DNA from: Octopus sinensis
Lineage: Eukaryota
DNA: 64,000 nucleotides
NCBI RefSeq assembly: GCF_006345805.1
Contig: NC_043016.1
Span: 1-64,000 of the forward strand
Direction: 5' to 3'
The notes under the pieces were generated by a model. That model saw only the letters and a list, made by a program, of their open reading frames with translations. It was not told where the DNA came from and did no database searches. Positions within the stretch are counted from its first letter, which is position 1. Every line of letters begins with the position of its first letter. The position numbers were made by a program, and so were the translations under genes. This document shows positions 53,540-64,000 of the stretch, piece by piece.

Positions 53540-54300
53540 CATATATATCTAGAGGGATCACTGTTGTGTATACGCTATATGTATTTATAACAATCACTGT
53601 TGTGTGTATACCATATATATCTTGAGGAATCGCTGTTGTGTATATGCATATATATCAGGAGGAATCACCTTGTGTATATGTCACATATATCTATAATAAT
53701 CACTGTTGTGTATTTATATCTAGAGGGATCACTGTTGTGTATACGCTATATGTATTTATAATAACCACTGTTGTGTATATATTACATATATCTAGAGGAA
53801 TTACTGTTGTGTATATGGCTTATATATAAGGAGGAGTCACCTTGTGTATATGTCACATATATCTATAGTAATCACTGTTGCGCAAGTACCAAATAAATCT
53901 AGAGACATGTGCACATGTCATATATATTTATAAAAATCACATGTCATATACATCTAAAGGAATCACTGTCGTGTATATGCCATGTATATCTAGAAGATTC
54001 ACTATTGTGTATGTACCATATATGTCTATAGGAATCACTGTTGTGCATATACCATTTATCCAGATGAAACATTATTGTGTATATGCCAATCCATTATTAC
54101 CGTATTGGTCCCAATTTCGGGGTTAATTCATACGAATTTTCCCCTCTTCAGCGATAAATTATTTGTAAATTTGACCTTTAGAGGTTTTTTTGATATGTTG
54201 GCCATTGATAGAATTTTTTTCTTGAAAAATATTTTATCCTACATTAGTTATATATATATATATATAATATATATATATACATATATATATATATACATAT

Positions 54301-54355
<55 letters not shown>

Positions 54356-55470
54356 AGAGAGAGAAATCACTGTCATGTATATGCCATATATATACCTAGA
54401 GGGATTGCTGTTGTGTTTATACCATATATGCCTATAAGAGTCACTATTGTGTATATACTATATATTTATAGGAATCACTGTTGTATATATGTATATACGA
54501 GGTCGGATCGATAAGTATCCGGACTGTTACCATAGTAACAAAGCTAAAGCATGCAGAGTAAAGTCGCTTGACACAGATTGACCTTGAACTCTGCTGTGCA
54601 TGTGCACTAAATTTTAGTGTTCTAGCTCACTTCCACTGTTTACAGCAATGCTTGGAAGGAACATGTGTTGTGAGTGATCGTTGTATTGACCATGACAGAG
54701 AAAATTTTCATGATGATACCTGCTCAGAGGCCTATGCAAAGCTGCAGAAAGTGTATGGAGAGGAGTGTATGAGCTGCACACAAGTGGATAAGTGGTTCAG
54801 TGGTTCAGACGTTGCCAAGATAACCAAAAACATGTTGATATCAACAAACATTTTGGGAGAACAGCAACCAACAAAACTGAAAAAAAAACATAGCAGACGT
54901 GCATGCAGCTGTGAGGGGAAATCGTTGAATCACCATCTATGAGTTATCAGATGTGCAGGTTAGTTACGGCTCAGTTCAGTCCATTATCACTGAAGATTTG
55001 GGTATGAGGTGAGTGTCTGCCAAGTTTGTGCCAAAACTGCTTTCATCTGACCAAAAAGATCTCCTTGATTGTGTTGAGAACAATGTAAACTTTTTGAAAA
55101 ATTTTGCGTAGGCCTCTGAGCAGGTAACGCCAAGCTTTTGGAAAAATTTGATGCAGATTCTCTGCTCAACTTTCTCTGTCATATTCAATGCGATGCTCAC
55201 ATGCTACACACCTTTCTTCCAAGCACTGCTGTAAACAGCAGAAACAAGCTAGAATCTTAAAACTTAATACACACGTATAGCAGAGTTCAAGGTCAATGTT
55301 TGCTAAACAGCTTTACTCTGTATGCTTTAGCTTCGTTACTATGGAAACAATCCAGATACTTATTGATCAGACCACGTATATATTTATGATAATCAGTATT
55401 GTGTGTATGTTATATATTCATAGGAATCACCATTGTGTATATGCCATATATATCTTTAGGAATCACTTCT
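53540..55470. repeat. Degenerate minisatellite of about 35-40 bp (atatatctagaggaatcactgttgtgtatatgcc), split by the mariner at 54498
   Basis: Many copies of gaatcactgttgtgtata on both sides of the mariner. Confidence 0.8.
54498..55376. mobile_element. Mariner derivative made of two inverted 5' ends
   Basis: TA-flanked TIRs cgaggtcggatcgataagtatcc / gatacttattgatcagaccacg. Transposase N-terminus on plus (TCSEAYAKLQKVYGEECMS...VSAKFVPKLLS) and again on minus (MTEKVEQRICIKFFQKLGVTCSEAYAK). Confidence 0.9.
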
Positions 55471-55854
55471 TTTATTCTTTTACTTGTTTTAGTCATTTGA
55501 CTGCAGCCATGCTAGAGCACCATCTTTAATCGATGAAATTGACCCCAGGACTTATTCTTTGTAAGCCTGGTACTTATTCTATTGGTTGCTTTTGCTGAAC
55601 CGCTAAGTTACAGAGACATAAACACGCCAGCATTGGTTGTCAAGTGATGGCAGTAGGGACAAATACAGATACAGACACACACATATGACGGGCTTCTTTC
55701 AGCTTCCATCTACTAATTCACTCACAAGGCTTTGGTCAGCCTGTGGCTATAGGAGAAGATACTTGCCCAAGGTGCTGTGCAGTGGGATTGAACCCAGAAC
55801 CATGTGGTTGGTAAACAAGCTTCTTACCACATAGTCACACCTGCACCTATATAT

Positions 55855-56340
55855 CGGCAGGACAAGTGAGACCATAACCCATGGCCTCAGTCCACTTATG
55901 CATACCTTTCCTTCTTGGGACACAAAACTCTACTTGTGAAGACCTGTTGAGGCAAGTAAAAATCAAATCAAAATCAAAATCAAAAATCAAAATCGATCAA
56001 CATGAATGGAAACTGTAGCTGTGATACCAGTGCCGGTGGCACATAAGAGAACCATCCGAACGTGGCCGTTGCCAGCGCCGCCCCGACTGGCTTCCGTACC
56101 GGTAGCACGTAAAAAGCACCATCCGATCGTGGCCGTTGCCAGCCCCGCCTGGCCTCCGTGCCAGTAGCACGTAAAAAGCACTCACTACACTCATGGAGTG
56201 GTTGGCATTAGGAAGGGCATCCAGCCATAGAAACATTGCCAGATCAGACTGGGCCTGGTGCAGCCTTCCGGCTTCCCAGACCCCAGTTGCACCGTCCAAC
56301 CCATGCCAGCATGGAAAGCGATGATGATGATGATGATGAT
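55855..56340 (+). mobile_element. RTE 3' end plus UTR (further UTR-only copies at 11358-11560, 16190-16515, 23850-24000, 25670-25820, 31220-31600, 35355-35550, 49685-49945, 53230-53535, 63590-63870)
   Basis: Starts at the ORF end (cggcaggacaagtgag) and ends in (GAT)n. Confidence 0.85.
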
Positions 56341-56439
56341 GATATATATATATATATATCATCATCATCATCGTTTAACGTCCGTTTTCCATGCTAGCAT
56401 GGGTTGTTTAACGGACGTTAACGATGATGATGATGATAT

Positions 56440-57966
56440 ATATATATATATATCATCATCATCATCATCATCGCTTTCCATGCTGGCATGGGTTGGACGG
56501 TTCGACCGGGGATCTGGGAAGCCAGAAGGCTGCCCCAGGCTCCGGTGTTATCTGGCAATGTTTCTACAGCTGGATGCCCTTCCTAACGACAACCACTCCG
56601 TGAGTGTAGTGGGTGCTTTTTACGTGCCACCTGCACTGGAGCCAGGCGAGGCTGGCATTGGCCATGGGCGGATTGGTGCATTTTACGTGCCACTGACACG
56701 GAAGCCAGTCGAGGCGGCACTGGCTTCGGCCACGATTCGGATGGTGCTTTTTACGTGCCACCGACACGGAAGCCAGTCGAGGCGGCACTGGCTTCGGCCA
56801 CGATTCGGATGGTGCTTTTTACGTGCCACCGACACGGAAGCCAGTCGAGGCGGCACTGGCATCGGCCACGATTCGGATAGTGCTTTTTACGTATCTCCAG
56901 TCCAGGGGTCCTGGCACCTGCCAGGTGCCAGTCATAGGATTGGTTCAATTTCGATTCCGATTCCGATTTCGATTTCACTTGCCCCAACAGGTCTTCGCAA
57001 GCAAAGGTCTTCGCAAGCATAGGTGCCTGTCGTTGGATGAGGTTCGATATCAACTTCGCTTGCCTCAGCAGGTCTTTGTGTGTCCAAGGGAGGAAAGGCA
57101 GGCATAAATGGGCTGGACTCACTTGTCCTGCCTGGTCTTTTCACACAGCATATTTCCAAAGTTCTCGGTCGCTGGTCATTTCCTCAGTGAGACCTAAAGT
57201 TCGAAGGTCGTGCTTCACCACCTCGTCCCAGGTTTTCCTGGGTCTACCTCTTCCACGGGTTCCCTCCATTGCTAGGGATTGGCACTTTTTCACACACCTA
57301 TCTTCATCCATTCTCGCCACATGACCATACCAGTGCAAACGTCTCTCTTGCACACCACAACTGATGCTCCTTAAGTCCAACATTTCTCTCAGGGTACTAA
57401 CGCTCTGTCGAGCATGCACACTGACATTACACATCCATCGGAGCAACTGGCTTCATTTCTCGCGAGCTTACGCATGTCCTCAGCAGTCACGCCCATGTTT
57501 CACTGCCATGTAGCATGGCTGTTCGTACACATGCATCATACAGTCTGCCTTTTACTCTGAGCGAGAGGCCTTTAGTCACCAGCAGAGGTAAGAGCTCCTA
57601 AACTTTGCCCAGGCTATTCTTACTCTAGCCGTTACACTTTCAGTGCACCCACCCCCACTACTGACTTGGTCACCAAGATAACGGAAACTATCAACTACTT
57701 CTAGTTTTTCCCCCTGGAAAGTGACGGAAGTTGTTTTCTGCAGATTTTCAGAGGTTAATGCTCCCGAGCATCTGTCACATACAAAAACTATCTTCCCAGT
57801 TAGCCTTCCTTTGACATTGCTGCACCTCTTATGTGTCCATAGCTTACACTGGGTACATCTTATAGAGTTTCTACCTACACCTTTTCTACAGATCGAGCAG
57901 GGCCATCTTCCTGAAGACATTTGTGGATTGTCTACCTTCCTACTTATTAGTACTTTGGTTTTAGCT
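56440..57966 (-). mobile_element. 5'-truncated RTE LINE, same family as 2838-6290
   Basis: AKTKVLISRK..SGRWPCSICRKGVGRNSIRCTQCKLWTHKRC...LEVVDSFRYLGD...MLRWMC...RRLHWYGHVARM...GRGRPRKTWDEVV, then a 3' UTR with about 60-nt subrepeats and (GAT)n. Confidence 0.92.
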
Positions 57967-58864
57967 ATATATATATATATATACGACAGGCTTCTTTCAG
58001 TTTCTATCTGCCAAATCCATTCACAAGGCTTTGGTCAGCCCAAGGCTATAGACAAAGATGCAAGGTGCCATGCAGTGGGACTGAACCTGGAAACTTGTGG
58101 TTGTGAACAAGCATCTTAACCACACAGCTATGCCTATGCCAATGTTAAAGTTCCTTTCAGTTACTGATAGTCTCTGCTTCTGAACCCAGAACCATGTGGT
58201 TGCAAAGCAAACTTCTTACATTCTTCTTTTGTGTTTGCAGAGGTTTTGCAGACACTACTTGCCCCAAATGGCATGCAGTGTGACTGATTCTGAAACCATG
58301 CAGTTTGGAAGTAAACCTTTTAATTACACAGCCACACCTGAAACCTCGTGTCCCACGGCATTTCCTACATTTTATTTTCAACCAAAATTTTCAAGTTCCC
58401 TCTATTTCCTTGCTTTTCTGTGTTAGATTTAATCATTAAAGCTAATGATTCTTTCTTGTTAACAAGGTGTAATTTTTGGTAATTAAAATTTTAGGCTAGT
58501 TACATTAAGCATGAAAACAGCAACTGTACTACTATAAATAAAAAATTACTGAACAGATAATTGTTATGTGCTTTGTCTAAATAAATGGTAAAGCATGTTG
58601 TTGAGCTCTTATTTTTAATAGCATAAATAATTAGATAAATGATGTACCATTGGAAAATGATAATGACAATGATAATGATGATGGTATCATGATAATGGTG
58701 ATGATGAGTTGATGAAGTTGATAAATAGTGACTGTAAGTTTTAACAGAATGGTAGATGACAATCATAAGTTTAGGTTGAGCAACATAGACAATGAGCAAC
58801 AGAAATGAGGATTCAGAGTGGAAAAATACTTACCAGCTTGAATTGAATAACAATGTCAAAAATC

Positions 58865-59055
58865 TTTTGTTGGCAACAATGAGCTCAAATAAATCAAATG
58901 CAACAATGAGTTCAAGTTGGTCAAGCGCAACAATGAGCTTAAATTGATCAAGTGCAACAATGAACTTAAGGTGATCAAGTGCAACAATGAGCTTAAGGTG
59001 ATCAAGTGCAACAATGAGCTTAAGGTGATCAAGTGCAACAATCAGCTTCACTTGT
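58865..59055. repeat. 27-bp tandem repeat, about 7 units (GCAACAATGAGCTTAAGGTGATCAAGT)
   Basis: Visible directly. Units become more divergent leftwards. Confidence 0.92.
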
Positions 59056-59487
59056 ACAATGATAAAGTCAGGCTTGAGTTAACTACAGATTGTGTGTATG
59101 TTGGACACTCAAATGCGTGACCTTCTCTAAATCATTATATTAGATTCTCTATTTCTTAGAAATGCTGAGTGAAAGAACACTGGTTGATAAATTGCTTGGT
59201 CATGTGACTTTATCTCAAAATATTAAGGCTTGTGGAATCACTGAGAATGCATCAAAAAGAGCAATTAAATAACAATTTAATGAGAAAGCTTCCATAGGAA
59301 AAGCTGTATTGAGAAAGGAAGGCTCTATGTCTTGGTGACTGTGGAAATCTCCTGTACAAAGCTTGAGAAACTGGAGGGTGGGTGCTGTTAGAAAGAACAG
59401 CATGAGACAAAACAGAAGAGAAAGACTTAGATGGCATATGTAAATGTGCCATTCTTCAAACACAGTTCTTACTCAGAATTACCTTAC

Positions 59488-59544
59488 CTGAAGGGTTACC
59501 TGTGATATAGTTTTGTTCAGTCCATATCTATGTTCTACATATTT
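59488..59544 (-). CDS. Candidate small exon (KYVEHRYGLNKTISQVTLQ)
   Basis: Strong donor CAG|gtaagg, a second possible donor 12 nt upstream, weak acceptor. Confidence 0.3.
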
Positions 59545-59561
59545 CTAACCATACATGAACA

Positions 59562-59790
59562 TCATCATCATTGTTTGACCATGGTCGAGACAATGGAATT
59601 TACCATGCTACACCAGACTTCACAGTCCATCATGGCATTATGGAGGTCCTGTTGCTGGATGCCTGTATCCCTGGAGATTACATCAGGGTAGGAGAGTGTG
59701 CGCCCTCTGGTATTGCGAGTAGATGGCTTCCAGAGGAGAAGAGTAGAAATTGTCTCGTTTTCAGATCTACAACAATGAAAGTAGACAACT
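59562..59790 (-). mobile_element. 3' fragment of a third RTE-like LINE with a (GAT)n tail
   Basis: HCCRSENETISTLLLWKP...RGRTLSYPDVISRDTG...AMMDCEVW. Confidence 0.7.
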
Positions 59791-60139
59791 ACAGCAATCT
59801 TTTACATGAAGGTACCATCACAAAATTCCAATAACCTACATGAAAATGTTCCACCGCTTTTATGACTCAAAAAGACATTCTGAGAGGAAATATGACTACT
59901 GAATTTTTCTCAATGGTACAAAGATTGAATTTCAATGAAAGAAGCACACCCGAAATAGTATTCAGTACTTCCTAATTAGCCACATACAATTAAAATCACT
60001 TCAAATTTTACAAATGTCAGGTACCCCCACCCCCCACCCAATCTTAAATGACCTTCCATAATGATCACATATCCCTGAAAGAAGAACCAAGCTTTATTTT
60101 GAATGCTTGAAAAGATTTCAGCTGTGAACAGTCGTTGAC

Positions 60140-60219
60140 CTTCTTTCTACAAGACTCAAGTATAATCCGCAAAAGAGCGATGCTGCTTCCACGTATCTGA
60201 GATTGTACAGCTATAACAC
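60140..60219 (-). CDS. Candidate exon (G-VIAVQSQIRGSSIALLRIILESCRKK), IQ-like VQxxxRG
   Basis: Strong acceptor (T)12aatatttacatttag|. The frame stays open beyond 60140, so the donor is uncertain. Confidence 0.42.
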
Positions 60220-60544
60220 CTAAATGTAAATATTAAAAAAAAAAAAACTCTCCAAGACACATAAAATTAATTAGCAAAAATTAATTAACCATGTCATTAC
60301 AACTAATAAACTGTTGGTATTCTATGTTATTTTCCTGTCTCTTATACAATTGCTAACCACGTCAGTTGTTACTCTTCAAAATCATGAAATTATCCATTAC
60401 CAAGTGTCTTCTACTATAACTTCAGATCAACCAAAGTCATTGAGCGGATTTGGCAGACAGGAACTGAATGGTATCTGTTGTATGTACAAACGTATATACA
60501 TACATACATACATACATACATACATACATACATACATACATACA

Positions 60545-60575
<31 letters not shown>

Positions 60576-60750
60576 GCACACACACACACACATACACGCA
60601 CATACATACATACATACATACATACATGAAAACATACATGCATACAAACATACATACATACATACATACATACGCGCACACACACACACACACACACACA
60701 CATACATACATACATACATACATGCAAACATACATGCATACAAACATATA

Positions 60751-62392
60751 TTGGGTTGGCAAGAAAGTACTTTTAAGGTGGCGATCTGGCAGAAACGTAA
60801 GCACTCTGGGCAAAATGCTTAGCAGTATTTCATCTATCCTTACGTTCTGAGTTCAAATTCTGCCAAGGTCGACTTTGCCTTTCATCCTTTTGGGGTCGAT
60901 AAATAAAGTACCAGTTATGCACTGGGGTTGATGTAATTGACTTAATCCCTTTGTCTGTCCTTGTTTCCCCCCTCTATGTTTAGCCCCTTGTGGGCAATAG
61001 AGAAATAAGAAAGTAATTTCGGTTTTTTAGTGTGAAATAAAAGTAATTTATTTTTCATACAAAGAATGAACTTAAATCAATTGTATGTTTTCCATTTTGT
61101 TTGATGACCTTTTGCTATCTTTCTGGCAACTTCATGGTTCTGTGTTTATAGGACTTCTGGTCCCTATCAGCCAAAAAACTGAAGCAGGTGTGACTTCAGG
61201 TTATCATCATTATTGAAAATTTTGCAATTCTAAGAATTTTGCAAACTTTGAAATAAATGGTAATCTGTTGGTGCAAGGTCAGGGCTATATTGTGGATATC
61301 AATCTCTTTTAATATATGTGAAATCCAAATATCGAGCTTCTTAATGAATCCAAGACATTTTAAGTGATTTTTCAATCGTTATATGTGATACATTTAACTT
61401 CTCTGCAACCTCTCACACAGTTATATGACAACGAGGTTCAATTATGGCTTTGATTCGGTCATCATCAATTTCAGTAGATCAACCAGGACATTTGAGTGGA
61501 AAATCTCCAGAATGGAATTTTTAAAACCGACACACAAAGACCTGTTGAGGCAAGCGAAGTCGATATCGAACCTCATCCAACGACAGGCACCTTTGCTTGC
61601 GAAGACCTGTTGGGGCAAGTGAAATCGAGATCGAAATTGAACCAATCCTATGACTGGTAGATGCCAGGACCCCTGGACTGGAGATACGTAAAAAGCACTA
61701 TCCGAATCGTGGCCGATGCCAGCGCCGCCTCGACTGGCTTCCATGTCGCTGGCACGTAAAAAGCACCATCCGAATCGTGGCCGAAGCCAGTGCCGCCTCG
61801 ACTGGCTTCCGTGCCGGTGGCACGTAAAATGCACCAATCTGACCATGGCCGATGCCAGCCTCGCCTGGCTCCAGTGCAGGTGGCACGTAAAAAGCACCCA
61901 CTACACTCACGGAGTGGTTGTCGTTAGGAAGGGCATCCAGCTGTAGAAACATTGCCAGATAAGACCGGAGCCTGGGGCAGCCTTCTGGCTTCCCAGATCC
62001 CCGGTCGAACCGTCCAACCCATGTTAGCATGGAGAACGGACGTTAAACGATGATGATGATGATGATGATGATGATTTCTGACATAGACATTCTGTTAAGC
62101 AATCAACACCATAAACTTCACGAATCTCTTTTGTGAACCTTAGCAGCATTCTTGTCTTTACGGATATAAAAAAAAGCAAAATATGGAAAAATGTTCGTTT
62201 TTGCACTCCATGTTAAAATTGACACTGAACTAACAGCTGTAAACAAAATTATGCACAATTTACTTCTAAAGTAAGCTAAAAGTAACAGCTATCAAAAGTC
62301 AAAAGGAAAAAAAATTATAACATTGACAAAAGTCATTCAGAAAAATTGTAACTCTTTTTGTGAAAAACAAATTTATTTTCTAGCCAACATAA
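60751..62392 (-). mobile_element. Degenerate mariner with two nested insertions (SINE B 60770-61006, RTE UTR about 61530-62075)
   Basis: TIRs ttgggttggc[SINE]aagaaagtaatttcggttttt and atttattttctagccaacataa, both TA-flanked. FFHILLF...EIREVYGVDCLTE joins F.SGDF...IDDDRIKA across the RTE insert. SINE TSD aagaaagta at 60761-60769 and 61007-61015. Confidence 0.85.
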
Positions 62393-62599
62393 TACACACA
62401 CACGTATATATATATATATTATATATATATATATTATATATATATATATATATATATGATCTAGTACACACTGTATTAAAATAAGAGCTACAAATAGTTT
62501 CTTGCCATTGCGATACATGGTTAGTAGCTCTTTCACTGAATGGGATACATTTTGTTGATCCTACCTTAGTGGAACAGTAAACTACATATATATATATAT

Positions 62600-62790
62600 T
62601 AGCTCCTGCGTGCATTTTTTTTCTCTCCTTGTTTCTCTCTGTGTTTCTTTTCTGTGTATCTTCTGTTGAAGAGCGTAGGCTCGAAACGTAAAAGACTTGT
62701 TTTATTTCTATTCCTGTGCGCCATACTAATACAACTGTTTGTTTGTACTCCACCTGCCTTCGTCTTTTGTTTATTTTCGTAAAGCTTCCC

Positions 62791-62791
<1 letters not shown>
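62600..62791 (+). mobile_element. Hammerhead-like (TA)n-flanked element, copy 3 (best-preserved 3' core)
   Basis: TCTT-CTGTTGA-A-GAGC-GTAG-GCTC-GAAAC-GT-A-AAAGA at 62659-62695. Confidence 0.7.
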
Positions 62792-62831
<40 letters not shown>

Positions 62832-62832
<1 letters not shown>

Positions 62833-63223
62833 ATTAAATTAGAGATAAAACCACTATTAGGCAAATCAAACAATGAAAAACTTAAGCCAATACATAAAAT
62901 TAATTAATTTATATTATTTTAAATATATATCAAAAGTATTAAAAGTTTAATAAAAGATAATGAGTAAAACACTACGATCGTTTCATTGCTAAACCTCGCT
63001 AAGATAAATATTTCAATTACCTGAAGATTGACTGTAAACATAGCTCGAATTATTACGAATTGGACAGCCATGAAACGATCGTAGTGTTTTACTCATTATC
63101 TTTTATTAAACTTTTAATATTTTTGATATATATTTAAAATAATATAAATTAATTAATTTATGTATTGGCTTAAGTTTTTCATTGTTTGATTTGCCTAATA
63201 GTGGTTTTATTTCTAATTTAATA
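62832..63223. repeat. Foldback with arms of about 155 bp and a spacer of about 75-80 bp
   Basis: 62832-62986 is the near-perfect reverse complement of 63070-63223. Confidence 0.95.
63015..63089 (+). ncRNA. Candidate type I hammerhead ribozyme
   Basis: CTGAAGA (63021-27), stem II ttgactgt/acagccat (6 of 8 pairs), GAAAC (63072-76), palindromic stem III ACGATCGT, GTA cleavage triplet (63081-83), weak stem I aattac/gtgttt. Confidence 0.6.
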
Positions 63224-63313
63224 TAATATAATATTTTACTATAAAATTGGATTCAATCCTAAATCTGATTTTTCCCTGTAAGTTTGGATTTATTCCCTAA
63301 TATTTTATTATTA

Positions 63314-63359
<46 letters not shown>

Positions 63360-63361
<2 letters not shown>

Positions 63362-63570
63362 CATGTGAAACTGTTAATCTCTTCACATTTTTACTCTCTC
63401 TGTGTTTTTTCTCCCATTCTCTCTCAATTTTACTCACTCTCAGTCCATTCTGTTAAAGGGCATAGGTTCAAAACATCAAAGACTTTTCCATTCTTCCTGA
63501 GCATTAGACTAATACACCTGTTTGTTGTTCCATCACCTGCCTTTGTCTTTTGTTTTCAGTAAATTTGAAC
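63360..63570 (+). mobile_element. Hammerhead-like element, copy 4 (decayed)
   Basis: CTGTTAA-A-GGGC-ATAG-GTTC-AAAAC-AT-C-AAAGA at 63450. Downstream ttcctgagc...ctaatacacctgtttgtt...cttttgtttt aligns with copies 1-3. Confidence 0.55.
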
Positions 63571-64000
63571 TATATACATATATCATCATCATCATCTTCA
63601 TCATCATCATCATCATCGTTTAATGTCCTCCTTCCATGCTGGGATGGATTGGACGGTTTCACAGAAGCCAGCCAGGCAGGAGCCTGCACCAGACTTCTGT
63701 GTCTGTTTTGGTATTGATTTTTAAGGCTGTATGTCCTTCTTAACACCAACCACTTTACAGAGTGTGCTGGGTGCTTTTACATGACACAAGCAAGCACAGG
63801 TGAGGTCAGTTTTGGTATGGTTTTTACAGCTTGATGCCCTTCCAAATGCCAACCACTGTACAGTGTGGACTTGGTAGGGTCACCAAGTAAGTTTGCTAGA
63901 CAAGGGATCTTTGAGAGGGGAGTGAGCATTGAAGGAGGTTATCTTGTGTCAGATGATGAAAGGTTAGAGTGTGACAGAGAGATTGAAACAGATGTCTTGC

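Noticed and set aside
59760-59812. Plus-strand exon-like segment
   Set aside because: Overlaps the antisense strand of an RTE remnant

Overview
Eukaryotic, AT-rich, mostly intronic/intergenic DNA saturated with microsatellites and interspersed repeats. The repeat set (tRNA-derived SINEs, RTE LINEs with (GAT)n tails, Dong/R4 LINEs in (TAA)n, TTAA MITEs) suggests an octopus genome; this is inference only. Almost all entries in the ORF track are microsatellite or repeat read-through. Supported content: (i) the last two coding exons of an unidentified plus-strand gene (20272-20398, 21598-21788) with consistent splice phase; (ii) several candidate exons of a convergent minus-strand gene (about 29.4-60.2 kb); (iii) two 5'-truncated RTE LINEs and many RTE 3'-UTR-only copies, one with a six-fold amplified 3' module; (iv) Dong/R4 remnants, four Tc1/mariner remnants (one built from two 5' ends), two Chapaev3-like remnants, piggyBac-like and hAT-like MITEs and a probable Helitron 5' end; (v) four tRNA-SINE families with nested insertions and TSDs. 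The most interesting signal is a set of hammerhead-ribozyme-like motifs of the minimal type associated with Penelope-like elements. One has a canonical core (CUGAAGA...GAAAC-GAUC-GUA) in the spacer of a 390-bp foldback at about 63 kb. A four-copy, roughly 200-bp element flanked by (TA)n carries a variant core (CUGUUGA-A-stem II-GAAACGUA). No rRNA, true tRNA or CRISPR array was seen. Coordinates were read by eye, and repeat ends are approximate to a few bp.
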